From NCBI RefSeq assembly GCF_009914755.1, contig NC_060936.1: 64,000 bases of DNA. The stretch is one strand, 5' to 3'. Source of the stretch: the human T2T-CHM13v2.0 reference genome, Homo sapiens. Numbering within the stretch: the first letter of the stretch is position 1; each line of letters starts with the position of its first letter. Of the stretch, positions 12,749 through 24,181 are shown in pieces. The notes under the pieces are model-generated. The model ran no database searches, had not been told where the DNA came from, and saw nothing but the letters and a program-made list of their open reading frames with translations. Position numbers and translations under genes: made by a program.

Positions 12749-13169
12749 TGTAGCAGTCTGTTCTCGCACTGCTATAAAGAAATATGTGAGACTGGGTAAT
12801 TCATAAAGAAAAGAGATTTAATTGGCTCATGGTTTCACAGGTTGTATAGGAAACATGGCAGCAGCTGCTTCTGGGAGGCCTCAGGGAGATTTTACTCATG
12901 GCGGAAGGCAAAGTGGGAGTAGACATCTTACGTGGCAGGAACAGGATGAAGTGAAAAAGCGGGGAGGTGTCACACGCTTTTAAACAACCAGATCTCACCA
13001 TATCTCACTCACTCACTGTCAGGAGAACAGCACCGAGGGAATGGTGCTCAACTATTCATGAAGGACCCACCCTCGTAATCCAATCACCTCTTACCACACC
13101 CCACCTCCAACATTGGGGATTACAATTTGACATGAGATTTGGATGGGGACACAGATTCAAACCATATCA
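12749..13169 (-). mobile_element. MSTA-like solo LTR
   Basis: tgtagcagtctgttctcgcactgctataaagaaata ... caaaccatatca; near-TSD attcc/atttc. Confidence 0.9.
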
Positions 13170-14496
13170 ATTTCTAAATGCCTTAATTATCTGGAAAGAC
13201 AGAAGAGTAATTTGAGGATACTGTCCACAGATAGCTTCTGTCAGATACCTATTCCAATTTGTGGGTGTTCAGTGAATGCTTGGTGACAGACTATTGATGT
13301 GAAGTTTTTGTTCTCTTTGCAAACCTTTGCAAGTCGTAGCAATTAGAGTATTAATTGCCATTGCTGAGAAGTATTCATCTGCCTTGCTAGCCATTCAATT
13401 AATTCCATGTTCATTTTTGCATTAGAGGCTTGGAAGACCAAAACTTATAAATATTTACGTTACAAAATAAATATTTATAAATTATAATAAATAACAAATA
13501 TAAATATATTATATTCCTGTAGTGCTCTAAAAATCCAAAGTTTATGAGCATCTAAAGAGTTTCAAAAGTTTTGATGAAATTAATGCCCCCCAAAGAGTCT
13601 TACTTCATTGTTTTTGCTGGCCATATTTTAAAAGCCATTCCCTTCCAGTGAACTAAAGGACTGGACTTTGAATAAATGATGGCCTTTGGATCAGTCTGTC
13701 CGCTCTGTGATTTGTACAGGATTGGCATCTATTGCCCTGGCCTTCATCTCAGACATTCATTTGGAATGCAGTCACATAGGATAGGGCAGGGGCAGGGAGC
13801 ATGCCGGGGCAGGGAAGAATGATTTTCAAGCTGTAAGATAGCCCCCTGAAAAAGTTGATCCTGAGATGAAAAAAGTAAGATTTGGCTGTGATTAAAGTAG
13901 AAGTGTGTAAGATTACTGAAAAAGCGTATAATGGTTTCAACAAACTACCCTTAGGCAGGTTTAGTGAGTGTAGTTGGCATTCATACAAAAGATAACCTAA
14001 CCTGACACTAACCCTGCTAGTAGTTCAGGGATAATATTTTCACTAGGATGAACTGCTCTTGAACTGTTTCTGTAATTTATTTGGTGCAAACAGGCTTTCC
14101 CTTCAACATCAGACATGCATGTCTTATGGCCACCCATTTGTTTATTGTAAAAACATATTTATTATAGCCAATGCAAGCAAAACCCTCCTTTCCAGTGGTG
14201 TTTTAATTCCCCTGAAGCCTTCTCATACTGTGTACCACAGCCCTGATGATGAAGTATACGCAAGCTTGTTCCAAACCATGTCCCATGTTTTCTTTGGCCT
14301 TACCTTCAAAAATCTATTGCTAAAGAGCAACTCCTAGTGTTTTATGACCTTTTTACCATGATGGTGCTTATCCTTTGGACTTGAAATGATTTTCCTTCTC
14401 TTGATGAAAATGTCAAGTGTGCCTGAGAACCTGGCCAGAAAGTGGACATTGGGTTACGTAGTGAGAATGGAGAACAGCTGCCTGGATATAATAGAA

Positions 14497-14668
14497 TAAG
14501 TATGTTTTAGAAAATCACAGGAGTACAGTAAAGTAAGGAGTATAAAGTAAGGAGTATGTAAGGAGTAAGTAAGTAGTATAAAGGAAGGAGTATAAAGTAA
14601 GGAGTATAAAGGAAGGAGTATGTTTTAGAAAATCACAGGAGTATAGTAAAGTAAGGAGTATAGGAGTA
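14497..14668. repeat. Degenerate tandem repeat (aaggagtataaagt-like) with a 44-bp duplication
   Basis: gtatgttttagaaaatcacaggagta(c/t)agtaaagtaaggagtat at 14500 and 14618, with ~14-bp units between. Confidence 0.85.
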
Positions 14669-14831
14669 TCAGTTGGTAGAATCTATGTAAAGAACTACAA
14701 TGTATAATCAGTTTCATCATCACTGTTACTAATATTTATCCTCCATGAAGTCATAAATACTTAGCCTTTGGACTGATCCTGAAAGTAAAGGAGACTTTGG
14801 ATGGTTCTAGAGATGATGGTCCCTATGGACA

Positions 14832-14882
14832 TTAATTCATTCCCAAAATATTTTCTTGAGTAGCTGCTATGCACCAGGCAGT
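14832..14882 (-). mobile_element. L2 3'-terminal fragment
   Basis: 'ttcattcccaaaatattttcttgagtagctgctatgcaccaggca' resembles the reverse L2 tail. Confidence 0.5.
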
Positions 14883-15171
14883 AAACAAGAAAGAAAAAAG
14901 AAGTATAATTTTCTTCACCAAATCCGCTTATTTGTTTTCCGTCTGTGACTACCCAATCCCCAATTTGTGTTAGTGAAACAACTAGTTTTGGGTTCCTTCC
15001 CAGTCTTTTGAATGCCAACCATCTTTTTGGTGCCAAAAGAGTCCAAAGACCTAATGAGCATTTTAGATCTCATTTATGAGCATGATAAGAAAAGGAAATG
15101 AGGAATGATTCATCTGTTCATCTGGCCAAGGAACATCTTAGAGTTGAAGTGATTCTACGGAAGAATTAACA

Positions 15172-15355
15172 CTAGATTGTTGCTAGCACAGGTGGCACCT
15201 TTTTGTAAATGGGAAAAAAGTGCCCCTTCCTCATGACTTTATTTCAGTAGAGAATATTGCCATAATAAATATGCAAATCCATGACATCTATGATGTGAAT
15301 GTCATTCTTAGATATTTTTCCTTGTACAGTGTATAACCATGTGCAGTGATTCTAT
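15172..15355 (-). mobile_element. MER91-like hAT MITE
   Basis: 'gctagcacaggtggcacctttttgtaaatgggaaaaaagtgccccttcc'..'ttgtacagtgtataacc'. Confidence 0.55.
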
Positions 15356-17119
15356 AAGGCAGCTTTATCAGCCAGTTTGGAGGGAATGTAAACAAATTGA
15401 GGCAATACATCAACATTAATATGTATTCTCCTAACAAGGAACATCTGCTGATAGTATTCTGTCACAAAACATTTCCAATAAATCTCTCCTTTTATACAGT
15501 TCTCTCCCAAGCACATATCTAGCTGGGTACTTGGGTTTATCTCTAGTATTTAAACAAAAGCTATTTTTTACTACCCTTTATCACTAATCACCCTTTCCTC
15601 TCTTTGTAAATTTCCCTACAATTTTTTCTCAATTGAATGCTCTGCTTCTGTGATTAGTCTAATTTAATTTTGCATCACAATTCCAAAGCTCTCTTACTCA
15701 AAATCAAGTGGATGAGAAGTCCATGAATTACCTGCCCACAAAGCACTAAATCACTGAACTACATATCTAAACAGTGTTTGTGTCATGGGAATCTAGAGTC
15801 ACAAAATGTCAGAAAAAAAAATAAAAATTTATTTTCCTGCTTATATCCTAAATATACTTTCTATTACATTTGCCACATGTTTACAAGGCAGAAAGTAAAT
15901 GCAAAGTAAGTTAGTGAGGCCCCATCTTCTTTCCTAGCTTCAACATCTGGTGGCAAGAAAACTCCATATCTAAAACTTTAGGTTGGTTTTATACTCAGGC
16001 ACCCACCTCGTGGAATTTGGTAAGATAAAACTGAGTTCGTTTCTTAGAATTTGGTTAATTTCTAAGAACACGTTTTGTATAATAAGACCATGTTTATTCC
16101 AACCCAAGACCTATCTAGAATATTCTAATGCATGCAGTGGTACTTACTAAATACATGAATCCTTCAACTATCTGGAGACATTTGCATAGTGTTCCATAGT
16201 ACCTATCAGTTAGCACAGTCATTTGGGGAGAACTGAGGGACAAAACTAGCAATGGTTCTCGTAAAACTTTATCCATAGAAGTTAGGATTTGGAAAGTCTG
16301 GCTTGTTTATCTATTAACCATTAATTGGTTAGTTCTGTAATATCATGAGACCAATTGCCATCCTTCACTTCTTTGTTTGCTATCTTTTCACTAGTCCCCA
16401 TTGATTTCTACTTTAAAAATCATACTTTAGTCTGTAATATGGTTATTCCAACCCATATCGTGGGATACTGCTACTTATCAAAGGCTATTATACATTAAAT
16501 ATATCTGTCTTCAGTTATTTGGACAAAATAAATGTATGTATGTGTACAGTAGGGATTAAGAGATTCACTCCAAAAACCCTAAGAGCATCTGTAAAAGAAG
16601 CTTAAGGGCTGCAAGGGGTTAAGACAAGGAACCCAGCAGGAGAGACTCATGGAATTGTGTTCTTATTTCAATCAGAAGAATTTTTCTTTTATGCGTCTAA
16701 TAACTTGGATTTACTTATAAGATTTCTATTAAGAAAAGATTCAACAACTGCCATGAATTTGAAAGCCATTTGCTTAGGAAATGCTTTGCCATATAATCCT
16801 TAAGTAATTACCGTATAGCTTCCTTATTCTAACCTTTGCCTCCAACTAAATTCTTACCTCTTCAAGGCAGGCATTGTGTCATAATCAACTCTCCAGCTGG
16901 AGCAATGAGTCTGAAACAAGTGCACAATAAAATTATTAAAATAATTGTATAATTGTATTTATATACACTGAAAATAAGCCAACCATTTTTAATACGGTTT
17001 CTAGGGATATTAGTTAGATTTAGACTGATTAAGAGTGGCCTGAAAAGAATAAGGAAATCACAATTGTAAAATAGATAATTCTCAAGGAACAATGATTTTA
17101 AAATGCTTTAGTGAACGCT

Positions 17120-18377
17120 GGAGAAAGGACACCCTATTCAATAAATAGTGCTGGGAAAATTGGATAGCCATATGTAGAAGAATGAAACTAGAGTCTTATC
17201 TCTCTCACCACATACAAAAAATTAACTTAAGAAGGATTAAAGACTTAAATGTAAGACTGGAAACTGTAAAAATTCTAGAAGAAAATCTAGTAAAAACTTG
17301 TGGACACTGGACTAGACAAAAAAATGTATGATGAAGACCCCAAAGCAATAGCAACAAAAAAAAAATAGACAAATGGGACCTAGTTAAACAAAAAAGTTAC
17401 TGCACAGCAAAGGAAATAATCAACAGACTAAACAACCTACAGAATTGGAAAAAATATATTCAAACTATACATCTGACAAAGAACTAATAACACAAGGAAC
17501 TCAACTCCACAAGAAAAAACACAAACAACCCCCGTTAAAAACTGGGCAAAGGACATGAACAGACATTTCTTGAAAGAGGAAATACAAGCAGCCAACAAAC
17601 ACATGAAAAAATGCTCAACATCACTAATCATCAGAGAAATGCAAATTAAAACCACAATGAGATATCATCTTCCACCAGTCAGAAAGGCTATTATTAAAAA
17701 GTCAAAAAGCAACAGATGTTGGCCTGGATGCAGAGAAAAAAGAACACTTATACACTGTTAGTGGGAATATAAATTAGTTAAATCTCTATGGAAAACAGTG
17801 ATTTCTCAACGAACTAAAAATAGAACTATCATTGCACCTAGCAATCCCACGGTTGGGTATCTACCCAAAGGAAAATGAATCACATGTAAAACAGACACCT
17901 GCACTCATGTTCATCACAGCACTGTCCACAAGAGCAAAGTTATGGAATCAACTTAAGTATCCATCAATGGTTGACTGGATAAAGAAAATGTGGTACCTAA
18001 TACACCATGAAATACTACTCAGCAATAAAAAATAATGAAATCATATCCTTTGCAGCAACAAGAATGGAGCTAGAGGCCGTTATCCTAAGTGAACACAGAA
18101 ACAGAAAACCAAATACTGCATATTTTCACTTGTAATTGTGAACTAAACAGTGAGTACACATGGACATAATGATGGAAATAATAGACACTGGGGACTCTGA
18201 AAGAGAGGAGGATGGGAGGTGGCCAAGGATTGAAAAACTACCTATTGGGTACAATGTTCACTATTTGGGTGATGGGTGCACTACAAGCCCAATCCCCACC
18301 AGTATGCAATATACCCATGTAACAAACGTGTGTGTACTCCTTGAATCTAAAAGAAAATAAAATTAAAAAAATAAAAA
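17120..18377 (+). mobile_element. L1PB-like 3' fragment inserted into the LRR coding remnant
   Basis: ORF2 end, 3'UTR and A-tail; TSD gctttagtgaacgctgga (17105) / gctttaatgaatgcctgga (18378). Confidence 0.92.
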
Positions 18378-21300
18378 GCTTTAATGAATGCCTGGAATGG
18401 CTCCATGGCACTGTCTTAAAGTGGCATTTCATGTTCTGAAGCAGTTGATGACTCTAACGGCAGTGATATATTGTCTCTGTGGGTGAGGGTGAAAAAATAG
18501 TTTTGGGATGTGTATTTATCTGTACATGTGCAGTCTGAGTGCAAATGTGTTGTTATCAGACTCTTTTGTGGTATTCCTGTGACCTGGGCCAAGTTACTAT
18601 GTACAAAAACAAACCACATTGGTTTCCAGTTGCCCTCAAAAATCAGAGAAGGGTAAGAGAGAATTGGTGCAGCTGTGGCAACAACCTTATTACAACCTTT
18701 TTGTGAGAGAATAAGGGTATCTAATGAAAAAATACCTGGGAAGTTTGAGTACAAAATAATTAGAAGCTATGAATATCTGGGTATGGGATTTTTCATTTAG
18801 TAGGAAATGTGTAGTTGGAAACTTTCCGTGTGTGCATTTGTTGATTAGTTATTTTTTCTTCAAAATCTGGGTATAAATTTAAATCTCTCATTTTTACTAG
18901 TTTAACTAGAATTATTGAGTTCTAGCTTTAATGTTACCTTGGGCCAATATGCTTTAATCATCTGGGGACCTAGCATTCAATCCTTTCCAGCACAGATTAC
19001 TTGATGGAGAATATCTAAGTGTTCTTGGGAAGCATTAATCACACCCCCATGGCCTCCCATGAAAAATTTGCTAGAAGCCCAAACCAATATTTAGACTATT
19101 GACATTAATTCTGTCCCTCTCCCTTTCTAAGGTGGTGTAGTGTAACTTTTAAGATCAAGTTTTTATACAAGCAAAAACATTTTCAGATTTCCAATAATTT
19201 TATCTTTCATTTTATGCCAAAGATATAAATTTACATCCAGCATTTGCTACAATCACATGGCCCTCCACAGCTATGCAAGCAAGCAGCCAGCAGAAACAGG
19301 AAGTTTAATAAAACCCTATACTTCTATAAAATGTAGTGTGATGTGTCGTGAACTTGGACCTCCCCCTACAAAACTGATAAACATTTTCTTTTTAAAAGTT
19401 GCCTATTATCCTAAGTATATTTAATTCCTTAAGTGACTAAGGGAAAAGACACTTCCAATAGTTGCATTCTTTAGTATGAAAATATATGTGGTATTTTTTC
19501 ATCATTAGCTGATGTGCTATTTCAAAATAATACCTCTTTATATCAGCTTACCAATTTCAAATACAGCATAACTTCTATATAATGATCTTTATAGTAATGT
19601 GTATATATTGGAATGAATTGACATTTCATCTGCACATTATACATTATCATGTTTTTGCTTGTCATAGAGAAAAAATCTTTTCACAATTTTCATTGTGATA
19701 TTTTATTGAACATATAAATATAAAATTTTCTTACCTATAGTTCTATATTAAGAAGTGATAATTTAGAAAACTAATATGATCCTGAAATATGTGCTAGAGG
19801 TTGTAGGCAAGGCTGTAAGCTGCTCTTTATGTTTTGTAAAGACTGTGCCCTTACTTCTAAAATTTAATTGAGCAGGATTGAAAATAAGTTGTTGATAGTC
19901 ATAAAGAAATAAATATAACTAAAGAGTTAGAAATGAGAGCAGTGAAGAAATTAAGAGAGTATTTAAAGTTATTGATCATAGAAGTCATTGTTAAAATTTG
20001 AATACATGATTTGCAGTTTTAAAATAGGTGTAATCAAGATGTTTTTTCCTCTCCTCTTAGAAATCACCCAAATCAATAAGAACAAGAAACAAAACCTAAA
20101 GCTAGAACTTAGTTCTATGACAGGAAGAGGGCCCTCTAACTCTGAATCCTAGCAAAGGAAGAAGGCTGCCAGATCTTCTGAAGTAAAACAGGGACACAGG
20201 CAGATGCTGAGAGAAGACTCCAGAGGGTACAGATCTCATTCAAGCCTGGCGAAGCCCAGCTCTTCTTTATCTGGGTCAATATTACTTATGTTAGAAGTAT
20301 AGTCTAATAGCAAGAGCTTCCCTGGACCGAGTTTGGTAAAAAGAAGAAGGGGAAGATAAGGCCGAATGAGGAAATACAAACACAAAGATAAGTCATATTA
20401 CCAGGAAGCAGTCTACTGGTACAACAGGTTAGAGGGGAAAGCAGGCATTGAGAGAAGCCCTGAAATATCAACTTCTGTTAGCTAGGGAGAAGTAACCCTG
20501 TACTCACACACTAGTATCCCAAGGAGAATTCCTGCCAGTCTAGAATATAGCCCTCACCTCCCTCAAAGTATCACACTATAAAGAGCTACTTCAGGAAGAA
20601 GTAACTTCATTCAAATAGGAGGTGATTTTTTTTAAAGAACTTACATAGAATTATCCAAATATGATATAAGGAAAAAAAAAAGAAAAGGAATGGCAGGTAA
20701 TAAACCCTCACCAGATAAATATTTCTACAGAGTTCTTTAAAAACTGTGAGCAAGTTACTTACCATGAAATTTTAAATGTTAAGAAGTTAATGCTTCTATA
20801 AAATAGGAATTCTAAGCATAGACACGAGAATGTAGAAAATAGGGTGAGGCAACAGAATACAATGAAAATTGGACTGGCAAGCTCAAAAGAAGTGAAAGGG
20901 AAAAATAAAACCATCATAAAAATAAAGGCCATGTTTGAAGCAGCACACAGAACAGACATACTAAAAACACAGTAAGACGTATGGAATATTATAAAGGGAG
21001 CAAAATAGAATAGAAAGTTAAAAGGAGATTTAAAAAATTAAGAAGGAAATGATAGATGTGGAAAACAGATATGAAAGATCCAATATACAGAATATCGAAC
21101 TTAAAAAGAATGTTGTCCTCAAGAACATAAATTGTGGAAGAAGAAAAATATTTAAAGATGTAATTAAAGAAAAGTTTATAGCAGTATAAGTAGCCTCAGA
21201 TGTGTTGATTGAAGGAGTGCACATAGCAGGGCCTTAAAAAAATAACTTTAAACAATGAACACAGAGACATATTCTAGTAAAGTTTCTGGGCTTTAAATAT

Positions 21301-22852
21301 AAAGAAAAAATATTTGGGCTTCCATTCAAAAAGATAATAAGTTTATACAAAGAGTGAATACTAGAACAGAAAAAAGAAATACTTTCAAAGATCTTTTTAA
21401 AAAGTATAAACTAAGAATTTAATGCCTATCCAAATTTATTTATTAATGGGAGAAAATTCTCTGGAAGAAAATTTTTAGTCAACCAAGAACTGAATGGAGA
21501 GAGGGAAAAAAAGTACTGGAATCGTACATTGGCTCCATTTAACTGCCAAACCCAAACTTAGAAAATACAAGGGAGAGTATATTTGTCAGTATAGATTTAA
21601 ATATTTAAAACACTGAAAATGTAAACCAGCAACTAACAGAAAAGACAAACTTAAACTTGTTAAAAGACAAATGACTGAGGAAAACATGCTCAGTCTCACT
21701 AATAAGAAATGAAAAAACAGTGATATACCATTTTTTTAACTTATCAGATTAACAAAGATCAAAGAGTTTGAAGTTATACAATTGGTGAGAAAGTGTGGGA
21801 CATATAAACTTTTATACACTGCTTTTGGGAGTATAACTTATGGAAAACAATTGTGAAATATCTATAAAATAGGAAGTGCCTATAATCTTTGGCCTACCAA
21901 TTCATTGTTAGAAAATTATTCTACAAAAATACTCCAATGTTTGCAAACTACTTATGTCCAAGGGTATTTATTTCAGTGTTGTTGGTAATAGCAAAATATT
22001 GAAAATAACCCGAATGCACATCTTTATGGGACTAATTAAATAAATTTTATAACATATACAACGAAATACTATGCAGTCATTAAATATAATGAGGCAGCTC
22101 TGTATGTAATGTTATGAAGCAATCTCCAGAAATATTAAGCAAAGTCTGTATAGAACAGTTCAAGAAGTACATGGCAATGATACATAAAAAATAATGAGAC
22201 AAACAAAAAGACATAGAAAGTATCAAACACAGGATAAACATCTCTGTGAAAAAGAAATTCAATAGAATGAAAATGACAGAAGTTATGGGCCTACTGGAAT
22301 CCCAGATTAGAAGCCCATTCCAGGAGATGGCATAGTTTAGGAGTTGAATGTGACCTGTGTAAGATTGCCTGGGGTCAAATCTTAGTGTGTCTGTGCATTA
22401 GCCGTATGAGACAAGTCTCGTAGCTTCTTAATGAGATGAGTTGAAGATATTGTAAAATATACAGCATGCAATTATTAAACAAAAGACAGCTGCTGTATTA
22501 ATATTAGTATCAGGCTAGATAGAATTTATAGCAAAAAGTACTAATAGAAAGGAAGACTTACATCACATAGTAATGAAAGTAATGATCCATGAAGAATGTA
22601 TGTTATGAACTTCTATATAGTTAACAACATAATTTAAAATGATATTCAACAGACAAAATATAAAAGGGTTAGAGATGCTTCAGCTGAAGAAATTTATGTA
22701 GCTCTATACCCCCCAAATAAAAATATACATTCTTTTCAAGTACATATGAAATATTAATTTTGAAAAATTGATCATGTTCTAGGTCACCAAGAACATCTCA
22801 ATAAATTATAAGATATTAGTGTTATACAGACCACATTCTGTGACCACAATGC

Positions 22853-22952
22853 TAATTGTGGTTTTTGCCATTGAAAGTAATGGCAAAAACCGCCATTACT
22901 TTTGCCACTGAAAGTAATGGCAGAAACCGCAATTACCTTTGCACCAACCTAA
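22853..22952. mobile_element. MADE1 (Hsmar1-derived MITE), rearranged
   Basis: taattgtggtttttgccattgaaagtaatggcaaaaaccg..ttgcaccaacctaa. Confidence 0.9.
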
Positions 22953-23632
22953 TAAATAAGAAATCAACATTGAACAGTGGTTTTAAAGAATCCATATATG
23001 TTTGGACTTTAAAACATATTTTATGCTTTAGGAAAATATTTAAATATAAATAACAATGAAAATAATACTGAGGGATACAGCAAAGTACATGATGGCAAAA
23101 ATAGAACCTTTAACAGAATTAATGAAAAGACTTAAAATAAATCAGTTAAGTGTTAAACTCAGAAAGTTAGAAAAATAATAACAAAGAAAACAAAAACATA
23201 TATCTACTCTAAGGAAATAACAAAGAACATAAATTAATAAGTAGAAAATAAACAATAGAGAGAAATAATAAAGCTAAAAGCTGGAGCTTTGATGAAAGCT
23301 TCCTGAAAATAAAAAGGACAAGTAATTGGTAATAAAAGGAAACAAATATAGATATTACAGATATTACAAATAATAGGAACATACTGTGCCAATAGAAAAT
23401 TTAGATGAAATGATAATTTCCTAGGAAAATAGAAGTTACCAAAATTGACTGGAGAAAAAATAGAAAACATTAATAAACCAATAACTATGAAATAAATTAA
23501 ATTGTTAGGAGTCTTCTGCCCCCAAACAGTAAGCCAAGACAGCCTACATGTGTGTTTTATCAAACTTTCTAAAGATAAAAATCTACTCTTTTATAATAAT
23601 TACATTTCAGATTTTAAAAAAAGAAGAAAAGC

Positions 23633-23877
23633 GGCCGGGCACGGTGGCCCATGCCTGTAATCCCAGCACTTTGGGAGGCTGAGGCAGGCAGATCACCTGA
23701 AGTCGGGAGTTCGAGATCAGCCTGACCAATATGGGGAAACCCCATCTCTACTAAAAATACAAAATTAGCCAGGCATGGTGGCTCATTCCTGTAATCCCAG
23801 CTACTCGGGAGGCTGAGGCAGGAGAATCACTTGAACCTGGGAGGTGGAGGTTGAACTCTGTCTCAAAAAAAAAAAAA
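23633..23877 (+). mobile_element. AluSp-like with ~50-bp right-arm deletion
   Basis: 'gtcgggagttcgag..cctgaccaatatgg'; jumps from 'gaggttg' to 'aactctgtctc'; TSD aagaagaaaagc. Confidence 0.92.
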
Positions 23878-24181
23878 GAAGAAGAAAAGCTGGTTGGCTT
23901 AATTTGTGAGGCTAATATGCTGTTGACACGTTGACACTCAAACTAGGTAAGGACACGATAAAAAGAAAACTGTAGCATAATTCTTATGTGAATATAAAAT
24001 CAAAAATTTAAAATAAAATATTAACAAATTGAGTTCTTTTATGTATTAAAAATACACATCATATTCTAGTAGTATTTGTTCTAAGAATGTAAAGCTGTTT
24101 TAATGTCAGAAAACCTATCAACCATATTAGCACATAATCAAATCATAGATGCAGGAAAATGCAGAAAAAATAATAAAATTG

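Larger units (their letters stand above)
5760..19105 (-). pseudogene. Decayed pseudogene of a very large multi-block LRR type-I transmembrane protein (signal peptide, LRRNT, many LRRs with internal Cys caps, TM, long cytoplasmic tail)
   Basis: Minus-strand translations, * = stop: MSIV*ILVWASSKFF (ATG 19105); HQVICAGKD*..PKVTLKLELNNSS (18905-19006); NFPGIFSLDTLILSQ (18701-18745); ILKSLFLENY (17075-17104); AFKFMAVVESFLNRNLISK (16710-16767); PLHALEYSR*VLGWNK (16093-16140); LGRNP..SLTQIGDWVV (14947-15003); PILCDC (13768-13785); IETWIPGQSVKIHMLKTLVNSNNRF (11175-11249); IFHPHSPLNFLVLSG (10731-10775); LIELANNPLKK (10032-10064); QNLYLNSNSIP (8690-8722); TM+KRRKK (7803-7890). Many stops, frameshifts and TE insertions. 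Confidence 0.8.
20030..24170 (+). mobile_element. Old L1M fragments (5' region, ORF1-like, 3' end, ORF2 endonuclease region)
   Basis: A-rich degenerate L1 motifs, e.g. 'atatacattcttttcaagtacatatgaaa', 'cagaccacattctgtgaccacaatgc', 'caaaattgactggagaaaaaatagaaaac'. Confidence 0.7.

Noticed and set aside
9406-16910. Minus-strand exon-like units 16858-16910, 16148-16232, 14304-14430, a donor at 9970, and 9406-9463 as ancestral exons
   Set aside because: LRR-like text continues through the supposed introns, so these splice signals are probably cryptic or chance. Present-day use in a lncRNA is not excluded.
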